Source: the human T2T-CHM13v2.0 reference genome, Homo sapiens
Reading direction: 5' to 3' (one strand)
Length of the DNA stretch: 64,000 bases
Assembly (NCBI RefSeq): GCF_009914755.1
Contig: NC_060933.1
Under the pieces are notes generated by a model. The model was not told the DNA's origin and did no database searches. It worked only from the letters and a program-made list of their open reading frames with translations. Positions 17,460 through 30,560 of this stretch are shown here, piece after piece. The translations under genes were made by a program, and so were the position numbers. The number at the start of each line of letters is the position of its first letter. Within the stretch, counting starts at the first letter, position 1.

Positions 17460-17769
17460 GGCCAGGCGTGGTGGCTCACACCTATAATCCCAACACTTTG
17501 GGAGGCTGAGGTGGGTGGGTTGCTTGAGCCTAACATAGTGAGACTCTGTCTCTACAAAACAAAACAAAACAAAACAAAACAAAACAAAACAAAACAAAAC
17601 AAAACTTAACTGGGCATGGTGGTGCATGCCTGTCGTCCCAGCTATTAGGAGGCTGAGGTGGGGGGATCACTTGAACCCAGGAGGTTGAGGCTGTAGTGAG
17701 CCATGATTGTGCCACTGCACTCAAGCCTGGGTGACAGAGCAAGACTCTGTCTCAAAAAAAAAAAAAAAA
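17460..17769 (+). mobile_element. AluJ with left-arm deletion and expanded (AAAAC)n linker
   Basis: TSD AAAAAAGTAAGTTCA (17445-17459 and 17764-17778). About 10 AAAAC units at 17555-17605. Confidence 0.92.
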
Positions 17770-18070
17770 GTAAGTTCACACTATTTTTTGTTCTCTTTTC
17801 CTTCTTTTTCTGACTTCTTTTTAATTAATTGAGCACACTTCATGATTCCACCTTAACTTCTTTATTGGCTTATGAGGTATAATTTCTTTAATTTCAGTGG
17901 TTGGTTTAGGGTTTTTAGTATATATTTTAAACTTATAGTCTACTTTCAAGTGATAATATACCATTTTATGTATAGTGTAAGACATTTACAACAGTGTATG
18001 TCTATTTACCTCCGTCCTATTCTTTGCAGTATTGTTGTCATACATTTTTCTTCTAAATATGCAATAATCG

Positions 18071-18410
<340 letters not shown>

Positions 18411-18900
18411 TTAAATGATAATCTGTTAAAGTCTATTATCTTTTAAAGAAATTTTTTAAAATGCATATAATCAGGTACACAAATCTTAAGGCTATAACTC
18501 AATGCATTTTTACAAAGCAAACAAACAATGTAGCCACCATCTGGATCAAGATGTAAAACATACCAGCACCCCAGAAGGCTACCTCATGCCCCCTCCAAGT
18601 CATCAACTATGTACAAATGTAACCATGATTCTATCACCATAGGTAGTTTTGTCTGTTTTTGAACTTTATATAAATAGAATCATAAAATACGTACATTTTG
18701 TCTGGCTTCTTTCACTTAACATTATATATGTGAGATTTATCCTGTTTTTGTGTGTAGCAGGAGTTTTTTTCTTTCTCATTTTTGTATAGTATTCCATTCA
18801 TTGTATGAGTAGATCATATTTTATTTATATTTTTCAATGGTGATGGATATTTTGGGTTTCTGGTTTGGAGCTATTATGAGTAGTGATACCACAAACATTC

Positions 18901-20013
18901 TTTTTTTTTTTTTCTTTTTTTTTTTATTATACTTTAAGTTTTAGGGTACATGTGCACATTGTGCAGGTTAGTTACATATGTATACATGTGCCATGCTGGT
19001 GCACTGCACCCACTAGCTCGTCATCTAGCATTAGGTATATCTCCCAATGCTATCCCTCCCCCCTCCCCCCACCCCACCACAGTCCCTAGAGTGTGATATT
19101 CCCCTTCCTGTGTCCATGTGATCTCATTGTTCAGTTCCCACCTATGAGTGAGAATATGTGGTGTTTGGTTTTTTGTTCTTGCGATAGTTTACTGAGAATG
19201 ATGATTTCCAATTTCATCCATGTCCTTACAAAGGACATGAACTCATCATTTTTTATGACTGCATAGTATTCCATGGTGTATATGTGCCACATTTTCTTAA
19301 TCCAGTCTATCATTGTTGGGCATTTGGGTTGGTTCCAAGTCTTTGCTATTGTGAATAATGCTGCAATAAACATACGTGTGCATGTGTCTTTATAGCAGCA
19401 TGATTTATAGTCATTTGGGTGTATACCCAGTAATGGGATGGCTGGATCAAATGGTATTTCTAGTTCTAGATCCCTGAGGAATCGCCACACTGACTTCCAC
19501 AATGGTTGAACTAGTTTACAGTCCCACCAACAGTGTAAAAGTGTTCCTATTTCTCCACATCCTCTCCAGCACGAAAACCTAGGCATTACCATTCAGGACA
19601 TAGGCATGGGCAAGGACTTCACGTCCAAAACACCAAAAGCAATGGCAACAAAAGCCAAAATTGACAAATGGGATCTAATTAAACTAAAGAGCTTCTGCAC
19701 AGCAAAAGAAACTACCATCAGAGTGAACAGGCAGCCTACAAAATGGGAGAAAATTTTCGCAACCTACTCATCTGACAAAGGGCTAATATCCAGAATCTAC
19801 AATGAACTCAAACAAATTTACAAGAAAAAAACAAACAACCCCATCAAAAAGTGGGCAAAGGACATGAACAGACACTTCTCAAAAGAAGACATTTATGTAG
19901 CCAAAAAACACATGAAAAAATGTTCATCATCACTGGCCATCAGAGAAATGCAAATCAAAACCACAATGAGATACCATCTCACACCAGTTAGAATGGCAAT
20001 CGTTAAAAAGTCA
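18901..20013 (-). mobile_element. 5'-truncated, 5'-inverted L1PA2 (twin priming)
   Basis: Poly-T and minus-strand 3' end at 18901-19572, then a plus-strand ORF2 segment at 19573-20013. TSD CACAAAC(A/G)TTCTT at 18890 and 20012. The 3'UTR has GCTAGATGACGAG (not the L1HS-Ta ACA). Confidence 0.93.
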
Positions 20014-20139
20014 CAAACGTTCTTGAACATGCCTTTTGTTAGACATAAACTCCCATTTTCCTTGGATGCAATGTGTGGGAGTGAAATTGCTGGCTCGTAA
20101 GGTGTGTGTATATTTAGCTTAATAGATACTGCCAAACTG

Positions 20140-20291
20140 TTTTCTTTCTTTCTTTCTTTTCTTTTTTTTTTAAATTATTTTTTAAAATTTTATTTTAAGT
20201 TGTGGGATACATGTGCAGGATGTGCAGGTTTGTTACATAGGTAATGTGTGCCATGGTGGTTTGCTGCACCTATCAGCCCATCACCTAGGTA
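20140..20291 (-). mobile_element. L1PA (about PA7-PA10) extreme 3' end fragment
   Basis: T-rich tail, then TACATGTGCAGGATGTGCAGGTTTGTTACATAGGTA...GGTTTGCTGCACCTATC...CACCTAGGTA. Confidence 0.85.
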
Positions 20292-20565
20292 AAAAGTGAC
20301 TGTATCATTTCACATTCCTGTTGGCACTCTGTGAGAGTTTCAGTTGTCCAGCATCTCTGTCAGCACTTTATGTTGTCAGAAGACGAAACAGTACCAAATG
20401 CAGAGTTCACCTCAGCACATTTATCCTCTTTCTGGCATCTTGGGCCTCAAATCCTGGCTTCTTTGGTTGCTCTGTCTCTTTAAATTGCTATGCTTTTGAT
20501 ATTATAGTTACTTTATCCAATTTTTATGGTTAGTATCAGTTACTTTGCCGTAGACAGAGTCAAAG

Positions 20566-20901
<336 letters not shown>

Positions 20902-21162
20902 TAATTGTTTTGAAAACAATCTTCTGTGGAAACATTATTTTTCTTAAATTATATTAAGGCATTGTTCTACTCTAAAGAGTTGGGATGGCATGAAGTGCTA
21001 CTACTTATGTCTGGGTAATTGCAGTTTTCACATCACTATGTTATGTCTACTGTTATGGTGTCTGGAATATGTTCCATTTGAAAGGAATTTATGAAACTGT
21101 AACTTACCTTTATGATTATACACATCTTTTTGTGTTTATTTGATCTTAGCTTAAGTTGGAAA

Positions 21163-22970
21163 ATGTCAATGAAAAAATATATTGTGAAGCTTACATAATC
21201 TTTAGTGTTACTTTCATAAGCAGACATTTAGCCTGCAATGATAGGCTTCTTGTCAGTGGTTGCACGACATCTGCAAAGGAGAAGGAGCATCCACCTCCAG
21301 AAGATACGTAAGGGAGAGGGGACCTTATTTATGAGAAGAAGGCTTGAGTTAAAAAGTCTGGAAATTTTTGAAAACTCAGATTTACCCTAATACAGCAGCC
21401 TTGTTTTGGAAGACCCTTCAAAATTGTTTATTGCATTGCCAAGCAAAAGAAGTCACTCTGGTAGGAGAGAACTTGGTGATGCTGCTTAACTTAGACATGA
21501 CTGAGCTGAGTTGTGGCCCGGAGCAGAGGAAGGAGATTAAGCAGTTCCTGTGTCAAGTGATGTGATTTCTAGAGTAGCTCACCTGTCTTCTGGTGTTTTG
21601 AAGCAGGTCATGGAAATAATTGGCAGCAGTGCCATTTCTCTTAAAACTCATTGCATGAACTGCTAGTGATAGTTTTAGTGCAACCCAGCTCCTATTGACA
21701 TCTGTACCTGCATATTGTCAGCATCCAAGAAGAATTGTTATACTGCAAACCCTCTGAGAAATTTCAGTCTTCAGAATGGCAAACAGTTCCTTTGCCAAGC
21801 TAAATTTTGACTGAAAGGAATGTCAAGGCTGTCTGTGCACAGATGAAGCATCTGCTTTCTCTGGCAATACTTCTGGTTTTGTAGCTTTCATGAAACAAGA
21901 AGGCCCACCTGTCACTGTGGCTGGGACTTTCTGTGTCAGCGTGCATTGATGTCAAAGATTACAATGGTCTTGAAAGCCTGCTTTGACAGCCTGTGGTTTC
22001 ATCAGAGCCAGGCCTTGAGTCACTGCCTTCTCAGGAGGTTTTTTTTTATGAAATGGAGCAGAACAGAAAGCTGCTTCGACTACACAGGAGTTCACTGGCT
22101 CTCCAAAGGATAAGCCTTGAAGTACTTGACTGAACTTCAGACTGAAGTTCTACTTTTTTTTCTTTGAAAGGAAAGGAAAACTCACAAAACAGAGAAAGAG
22201 GAATTCATTCATGACTTGGCTTACTTAACCAGATATTTTTGGCCATGTGAGTGAGGTAAACCTTTCAATTCACCATTATAGATGTTGCTGAAAAGTGGGC
22301 ATTTTTAGCCACTCTGCCTTCTACAAGAGGAGACGTGGGTGGACAAGTCTGCAAACCTTCTCCTGCTGGAAGAAATGTTTGTGCAGCTTGGGAGTGGCAG
22401 AGTCATGCTTAGTCTTCAGCAGCAGAAATCTGCAGAGACCAATAGATGTGAATACAGCTTTCGATAAAATCCAACATCTCTTCATGCTAAAAACACTCAA
22501 CAAACTGGGCATCAAAGGAACATACCTCAAAGTAATAATAGCCATCTATGACACATCCACAGTCAGCATCATACTGAATGGGCAAGAGCTAGAAGCATTA
22601 CCCTGAAGAACAGGAACAAGACTAGGATGCCCACTGTCACCACTCCTACTGTCTGCTTTTGCAGGTAACTTCTGCTCAGCAAAACATGAAAACAGAGTAT
22701 GGATTCACGGTCCTTCTTTGGGGACAAGCCATTCGTGAAGGAAACCTTGACGTTGTTTTTCTCAGGGACTTAAGAAAAAAGAAGCAAATGCAGTGTTGAT
22801 CCACCTGGAAAACCCTTGGAGAATGGTGGCGTTCTTTGACATCTGACATTCACTGACTCTTGTCAATAGGCTTTGGGAGTGGTGATTTAGTATACCACTG
22901 CCTTCCTTTGGGAGTCTGGGTTTTCAAGCATTTGTTGATATCTAAATTTAGAAAAGGCAGGTTGACCAAA
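21163..22970 (+). mobile_element. hAT/Charlie (Buster-type) DNA transposon: decayed transposase coding region
   Basis: Manual translation gives colinear hAT motifs: VGENLV...DMTELSCGPEQRKEI (ORF 21368..21565), IQEELLYCKP (21723), CTDEASAFSGNTSGF (21836), FIRAR, YTGVHWLSKG (22081), LAYL-DIFGHVSEVNLSI (22216) and YTTAFLWESGFS (22891). Many frameshifts and stops. Confidence 0.85.
22440..22648 (+). mobile_element. Internal L1 ORF2 (RT-domain) fragment inserted in the Charlie fossil
   Basis: Translates [37 protein letters not shown]...ILNGQELEA and is homologous to 13415-13622 in this window. No 3'UTR, poly-A or TSD. Confidence 0.9.
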
Positions 22971-23009
22971 TGTCAAGGAGTGTTTCACAATTCCACTGTT
23001 ACATTCAAT

Positions 23010-23280
23010 AATGATAATCATTATAACTTTGTTTATTGAATGCTCGTTATGTGACAGGCATTATTCTAATAACTTTCCATGAATTAACCCATTGAATATT
23101 TCCAACACTAATATAAGGAAGGCAGTTTTATTATCTTCATTTTCAGATGAAGAGACTGAGGCCCAGAGAGGTTAATAAAACTGCCCAAGGTAATAGGGCT
23201 GCTCAGTGGTGGAGTTAGATATAAACCTAGGTGGTCTGGCTCTAGGGTCCACATGTCCACACCCCTGGTAACTGCTTCTG
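23010..23280 (-). mobile_element. MIR
   Basis: CATTTTCAGATGAAGAGACTGAGGCCCAGAGAGGTTAA core. Confidence 0.8.
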
Positions 23281-23759
23281 TTGTGCCAGGGTACAGCATA
23301 CTTTGTGTTATAGTTTTCATTTTAATCTTATTGGCACAATTTGGATTTCTTTTGATTCTTTTTAGGGTGTCGGTATTAACTTTGTGCATGAAAGGGAGAG
23401 AGGGAGAGAGGAGAGAGAGAAAGAGAGGAGGGGAGGGAAAATAATCTCTGAAAAGATTTTTAAAATTTAACTCTAAGATAAATTGTGTACAACATTTCTC
23501 ATGCCTTTGTTATTTACATTTTACTGGGGAGGGAGCTCGTAACTGTTATTAGGGATACCAGAGGCTTCTGAGACCCAGGAGCAGGGACCACATCTGTGTG
23601 TCTTTGTCTCCCATATGCTTAGCATAGTTCTGGGTACATAGTATTTGTTTTGTAATTTTTCATTGAGTATAAAGTTGCTGTACTTAAAGAGTTAAAGCTC
23701 TATTTTCTGGAAAACTTACTTTTTCCAAACACTTTGCTTCCAGCTAGTTGATACAGGAT

Positions 23760-24720
23760 AACACTCATTTGGTCAACAATTAGTTATTCAATGCCTTCTA
23801 TGACTGGGTGCTTCCTTAGGCACCAGACACACATAGATGCACATATTAGATTGTCAGGTCCCATTCCTGCACATTGCTTGTAGCCTATGGAAGGAAGACA
23901 TGACTTGAGAAGCAATTTAATAAAGAATGGTAGGGGCTGTCGGGGGAATTACACGTGCCATAGAAGTACATAGAAGGAGCATCCAGCTTTGTCTGGTGTA
24001 TGGTGGGGGGCTCAGGAAAGCTTGTCTGAATAATAGTATATAAGCCAAGACTTGAGGAATGAACTGGTAAAGGGGAGAAGGAGTTTTTCAGGCAGAGGGA
24101 GCAGCATGTACCAAGGCCTGAGGCAAGAGAAAGCAAGACAGGGAGGGCAGAGAACTGAAAGAACACATTTCAGCATGGCTGGGTCACGCCACAATGAGGC
24201 CAGTCACAGATGAGCTAGAGAGCCAGCCAGGGGTCAGGGCCGAAGACCCTTGTCTGACAGGTCAGGCAGTGTGGATCGTCCGCTGATAGCAGTAAGACAT
24301 TGGAGGGTTTCCTGCAGGGGAGAGCTTTGATTAGATTTGCATGGCTTACAAGGATTGCTCTGGCTGCTCTGTGGAGAAGAGACCTGCGAGGGAGAGCCAT
24401 TCAGAGACTTTCCTGTGGTCTAGATGAAAGACGATGTGGTCTGTGTGAGGATAATGCAGTGGACAAGGGTGACCCACATAGATGCAGGAATGTCTAGGTG
24501 CTGTTCTCTGCAGGCCTTGGTGCTAAGGTGGATGTGGATGTTGTGAGAGAGGGAGGAGTCAAGGATATCTCCCAAGTTTCTGGTCTGGTCAATTGGGAGA
24601 CTGGTCAAAAAAAAAAAAAATGATGTGGGGGTGGGGCGGGTATGTGCAGAATTTGGTTTTGCACATGTTGAGTTGGAAGTGCCTGTGTGATACCTGCATG
24701 AGGTATCCTGTACCAGCAGC
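23760..24720 (-). mobile_element. L2 LINE
   Basis: Extended L2-like purine-rich sequence (GGCAGAGGGAGCAGCATGTACCAAGGCCTGAGG; GAGGGAGGAGTCAAGGAT...TTTGGTTTTGCACATGTTGAGTT). Confidence 0.8.
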
Positions 24721-25094
24721 ATGACTGTGTGGCTAGTACACTTCTTACTCAAATAGCTGGGCTATTCCATGGACCTAATCTTCATGCCTTCTGGCAGAAC
24801 TCTAGGTTCTTAGAAGCAGCTGCCCCTGGCCCTGTCTGTGGGAGGACCTCTAGGCTTGTGAAGGGATCTGGTTGGGACTGGCTTGCCACCAGAACCTCAT
24901 TACTGGCTGAAGTGTCTTTGGGGATTGGGACCTCAGCAGGACCAGGGAAACAAAACGTCAGTAGAGGCAGCTGTGGGAAAAGTGGGATGGGGTGAAGCTG
25001 AACATCTTAGATTAGATCCCTAGTTGCCTAGAATCCTCCAGAAAGGAAGGGAGGAGTCAGAAAGGAAGCTCAAGCACCTTGTCTTTGGGGAGAC

Positions 25095-25330
25095 TGGTGA
25101 TATCCTGGTTAGTAGCCTGAATTATGGTACAGACGGAGCTGGGTTTGAGATCCTGCTCTACCACAACCAGATATGTAAATCTGGGCTTAACATCTCAAAA
25201 TCTTAATTATCTCATCTGTAAAATGGTGAAAATAATTGTACCCACTTCATAGGATTATTGGGAGAGTTCATGTATAATGAATTTAGATCCTGGCTAGAAC
25301 ATAATCAATGCTCAGGAAATGGCTGCTGCT
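25095..25330 (+). mobile_element. MIR
   Basis: CTCATCTGTAAAATGG...ATAATTGTACCCACTTCATAGGATT core. Confidence 0.75.
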
Positions 25331-27648
25331 GCTATTTCTTCTCTTCCTCTTTTCCTTCGGCCTTCATTTGCTGTTATAATCATCACTCAGATGTCTCTCT
25401 GAGAAGTATGTTCTTGAATCTTGAATCCCAATTCTATGGCTTTAGAAAGGCTTTAGGAAGGCTTTTTGCTTTCAAAATCCACGCAAGATCCTAGAGGCTT
25501 ATTTTTGTCACATATACCATTTTTCACTGCACCACAGTGATGTGGAGATACTTTTGCAAGTTCTTCTCAAAGAATCTGTCTTATAGAACATTAGGGAGCC
25601 ACATAGACTTCATTGAAAGGAAAATTTGGGAGCTGCACTATCAGCTTTAATAGGCACTATAGGCATCCCTGTTTCTAACATACCCATTGGATGCCTCATC
25701 ATTGTGGGCCCTTTAGCTCATCCCAGCCTCTTCCAGCTTTCCCCTGAACGACTCTTTGTTCCCCCCTCATCCTTTATCATGGATTGTCCCTGGGATCATC
25801 CATCTCCCTTTACTGTACAGAGCAGTTCAGATTTCTCAACACCTGTGGCCCAACACACATCCTCCAATCCATCAAGGGGACCAGCAGGTCAGAGCACCCT
25901 CCACCTAACAGGGCCACATTTCCTTGAAGTTTGTGAGTATAAATATCCCCTTTTAGCAGAGAAAGGATCTGATTTCATTATTAATGGTCACGGATATCTT
26001 TATTTGTGTTTCTTTGATCTAGGCCCTAGGAGATGAGTCAGTGGGTGAAATCTACCGAAGGGGTTGTGAGTATGGATTGTGGCCTATCTAGGTTGAAACT
26101 TGGGCCTTCCCACTTACTGTTCTGTGGCCTTGGACAGTTTGCCTCACTTTTTTGAATCTCTGAGCCTAAGAGTCTAGGCTGGTGTTTCTCTTCTTTAAAG
26201 CTACCACCATCTACTTTATGCCTTGGAAAAAATGTCCCCAGCATACCTGTGAGATAGAGTACTGTCTTAGCCTCTGCCCTTCCCACTTTCTTGAAGGTTT
26301 AGCCCACAGCCCTGGGTTTGTTGATGTTTAACTGCTAACTTCCCTGGAGGGAGGCAGGGAAGCAAAGTTGCACACCAGGAATATCTACAGAGATTCTAGA
26401 ATTCCACAGAATTGGAAACTGTGCCCCTGGGTCTATATTTCTTGGCTCCTGACTCTTCCAAGGAGGTCCCTGGTTTCCTGTTTGCTTCCATTTTCCCCAA
26501 GAGAGGAGCTTTGCCTTTCCTTCATTGGGCCACCGTGCTGAAGGGCTGTGAGAGTAGAACAGTGGGAGGCCAGGTGAGTCTGGCAAGCCAACTTGACCAA
26601 ACAAGGAATTTGGCCATCCTCACGGGGCGGTGTCATGGAGGCTAGAGGTGGGGAGAGGCTGGAGCCAGAGCCTGGACACCTGGCCAGGCTCTAGTTGTTC
26701 ATCTCTCTCCTCTTTGTCCTTCCTCATCGCTTTCTCCTGCCTCCCCTGACTTCCTCTGACTGTATTAAGGTGGCTGCCCTACAGCTCCTGAGTCCTAGAG
26801 ACTGATTCACTTTTTCTCCCTCCATCTAGCTTCCAAATTCATACACAAGTAATTTATTAATTGCCTGGAGGGTTCAGATTCATGTCATTCAAAATGACTG
26901 CCTGGATTCCACCCCTGGCTGGGGTTGAGGGCAAGGTACCGTTCCTAGAGATGTGGGAATGGTTGAGAGCCGAGCACTCTCAAGATGCCAGGAATGGGTG
27001 CCATTGTCCATCAACATCCACTTGTCCTAATATGTCATTTGCCTCTTGGGGCCCTTCTGGCTTTGAGAGCCCTATCTGCTTTGATCAGTGCCTTTTGTGT
27101 TCATATTGTGCTGGCTTCTGAGCAGAGGCCAAGAACATGGCTGCAGGGCTGGTGGGCTGGGAGCCCACAGAGGAGTCAGGGAATGAGTGATGGCTCCTGC
27201 TAATTGATGGCCTCAAAATCATCCACGTTAGTGCAGCCTTTAGTTTTACATGACTTGGGTCAGATGTGGGGACACTTGGCCATTAGGAAGCTTTACATAG
27301 CTATTTGGGGTTAAGAAAGATTCCCCTTATGAGAGAGCTCATTCTACAGTTTTGTAACTCTTCCTTTGGTCTCTGATGTGCTGTCTCTTTGTGGGATAAA
27401 GTCTGCCTCTGGAGAGTCCCATATATCAGTGGCCCATCTGGGTCTTTTGGGTTCTGTGGAGGCTCCCCGAGACCTCCTCTGGGGTGGAAGGAGTCCTAGA
27501 GCTACTTCAGTCACTTCCTCTGTGGTGATCATAGCAGTGTGGCCAAGCCAGGGGCTATATCTTGGCTGGGCAATGAGGGGGTTTGCCCTGGCGGCTGGAG
27601 ATGCATAGGGTGTTCCTAGACCGAGAGCCCACCACCCCCCAGCCCGCC

Positions 27649-27941
<293 letters not shown>

Positions 27942-29289
27942 AAGAGCCCATTTTTTATGGAAGTGCACTTCCTTGGGACTCTTAGAATTCAGTAGGGTGT
28001 ATTAGACAAATTATATGTCTAACTAGAAAAAGTGCATTTTAAAAGCTTTATTTATATCTGGCTGGTATTTTAATAGCCATGTTAGTAACTTCTGACTAGG
28101 TTTGTGCCTATATTTGACTGAGACAGTTAGGTTGACTCTCCCTCTCACCCTAAGAAATTTAAAAAATAAATACTTTTATAGGACCATAGGATTTTACATG
28201 CCAAGATTTAGGCTGAAAATCCGAGCATAAAAATTGGTTTGTATGTAACAGGAAGATTAATAGGCAGTTCCTCCCATCCCCTGTCCCCCGTCTTACAGAG
28301 TGGTCCTGGCAGCCCCTGCCTGCCTGTAAATACTTGGGTTTGCCTCATTGGCAGGTCAGCATGGGGCAGGAAGAAGCCAGATTATTTTATGATCCATAAA
28401 CGCAAGCACCAGACATGCTCCGAAATTCATTAGTGTTTACTTGTCATTACAAATAGCCTGTGTTGTTTGCCTTCCGACTAGACGGGCAGACAGTCAGGGC
28501 CCAATTGCAGGGTGTGGAGGGCCCTGAAACCCCGACTCTCTTGGGAAATGAGAGTTTAAAGCAAAGTTTTAATTTATGGCTGCAGATTGTTTCTTTCTCC
28601 TGAGTGTAGGTATTGAGGGTGTGAATCTTCAGATTCAGACTGGCTTTTTCTTCAGTGGAAAATATGAAGTTTTTGGATAAAACCTACTAATAAGTAGTCA
28701 TCTCATGTTTGTTTTGTTTTAGTTATTTCCCCCTTTTGAATTATAGATAAACTTTTTAAGCAGGGAAAGCTTAAAAAGTTTAAGCTTAAAAAGCCTCAAA
28801 ATGTTATGCCCAGATACTTCCCTGGGCAGCAGATTTTGTACCATCTCCCCCTGAGCCTGACCGCTTTACAGAGAGCAGCCCTGTGTCTCGGCCACCCTTC
28901 CCTTCCCTCCTCTTGGACCTGGAGCACCCAGGGCTTGGGCTATGGCAGGCCCCTGACTGTAGCCCCCTTGGTCCATTTCAGACCCGGGTGACACCACAAG
29001 GTGATTGTGAGACTGTGGAAACCCCTAAGCTGCTGCTGTTCCGACGTGGAGGTAGTCAGGACGGGCTGAGCTGTCTCAGCTGCACATGTGCTGAAGCTGA
29101 GACTAAGGCAGCCCTTGGAGGCTGAGTGGCATCTGGGGGAAGGCTGGTGTGCAAAGGGCCAGATGTCTGAGGTTTCTGAGTGGAGTTGTAGATTTGAATG
29201 TAATTAGAGGATAATTCTTCCAAATGATCTTCATGTGGGGCTGGCTTAGGCATTCCTGGGGTCTGCTTGGGATGGTGGCTTCATGTCTA

Positions 29290-30560
29290 TCAATCACTCA
29301 GTTGTTCAGCACCTATTGACCAGGCACATACCATGTGTAAGACCCCCTGCCTGGTATTTCAGGGAACTCGAAGATGAATGAGGAATCCCTGGTCTAATGG
29401 GAAAGGTAAGAGATTTACCTAAATAATTACAAGGGTCTCACTAAAGAGGACAAAGTGCTATATGGGAGGGGAGCCAATACTTCCAGCTAGGACAACACAC
29501 AAAGCATCCTGGTGGAGCTTCCGTTGTGGCCTGGAGAATTGGTATAATTTGGACACAAGATAGCGAGAAATGGCATTTCAGGTACCAGGAACAGCTTGAA
29601 CACAGGTAAGGCAGTTGGGAAGAAAGTGGCCATGTACAGGGACCAGTGAGCAGATTAGTTTGATCTAAAGCAAAGGTGAGGAGCTTTGTGGGAAGTAAGA
29701 CTGGAGAATAGAGTGGCCCCACTATGGCCTTGGTTCTGTGGGCGCTGGCAGAGCAAGTGTTGTTTGGGAGCTGTGCTTCCTTCAAGAAGCTGAACAGGTG
29801 GAAGCCAAAGTCCTACAGGTGCCATAGTCACAGCATGCCCCAAACCAAGCCTGATTCTTTCCCCAGAATCCCGCTGTGGTACGCACCCCTGGAATGGCAT
29901 GCCTGCCCACCCAGTCAGGCCAGAAGCATGGTGTCTGTTATTGACGCCCCCTCTCTCTCCCACAGTCTCTGCTCCCAGTCAGTCCCCACACCCTATCTTC
30001 CCCTTTTCCACCTGTCTGTCCCCAGTGCTACCCCTCAACTTTGGCACTTATCTCCCAGCGGGCATCTCTACACCCATGTCTGCCCCATCCCACTCCGTTG
30101 CCCAATCTGTGGTTTTAAATCTCTGTCCACATCCCTGAGCCTCTTCAGCATCTCCAGTGGTTTCCCCAGTGCCTTTGGGTGATTCCACATCTCTAAGGGG
30201 GGCGTGCAGGTAGGAGTGACTTATCCTTTCCTTCCAACCCTCTTCTGGCCTCCCGACTCACTCTCTGATTCACCTCCTCTGGCCTTCCCACAGGTCCTTG
30301 AACCTACCTCCAGGCCTGTGCATTTTCTGCTCTCTGCCTGGCATGCTAGTCCCCCCACTTCAGCTAAGCCAGTCCTTCTTATACACTGATTGCACTCTGA
30401 ACTTTTCCTTATGCGTTCAGCAACATGTTCATAATTGATGCCTGTCTTCTCCACCGGAAGCCAAGCATTGCCTTGTCACTGCTGTGTCCTCCTAAGCTTT
30501 GCACAGTGCTGGGCACAGAGGAGGCACTCCGTGAAGACTGACTGGCATTACTGATTAAAG
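29290..30560. mobile_element. L2 fragments in both orientations
   Basis: Degenerate L2 motifs at 29290-29720 (-) and 30270-30560 (+). Confidence 0.5.

Noticed and set aside
19131-20100. Divergent 153 aa and 164 aa ORFs around the inversion junction
   Set aside because: They are L1 ORF2 C-terminal pieces kept open by the young age of the insertion, with no promoter or splice evidence.
22132-22150. Perfect hairpin GAACTTCAG-A-CTGAAGTTC
   Set aside because: It lies in transposase-derived codons (ELQTEV) and has only a 9 bp stem, compatible with chance.
22295-22606. 103 aa ORF appearing to fuse transposon and RT sequence
   Set aside because: The N-terminal half is not in the transposase frame. 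This is chance read-through into the L1 fragment.
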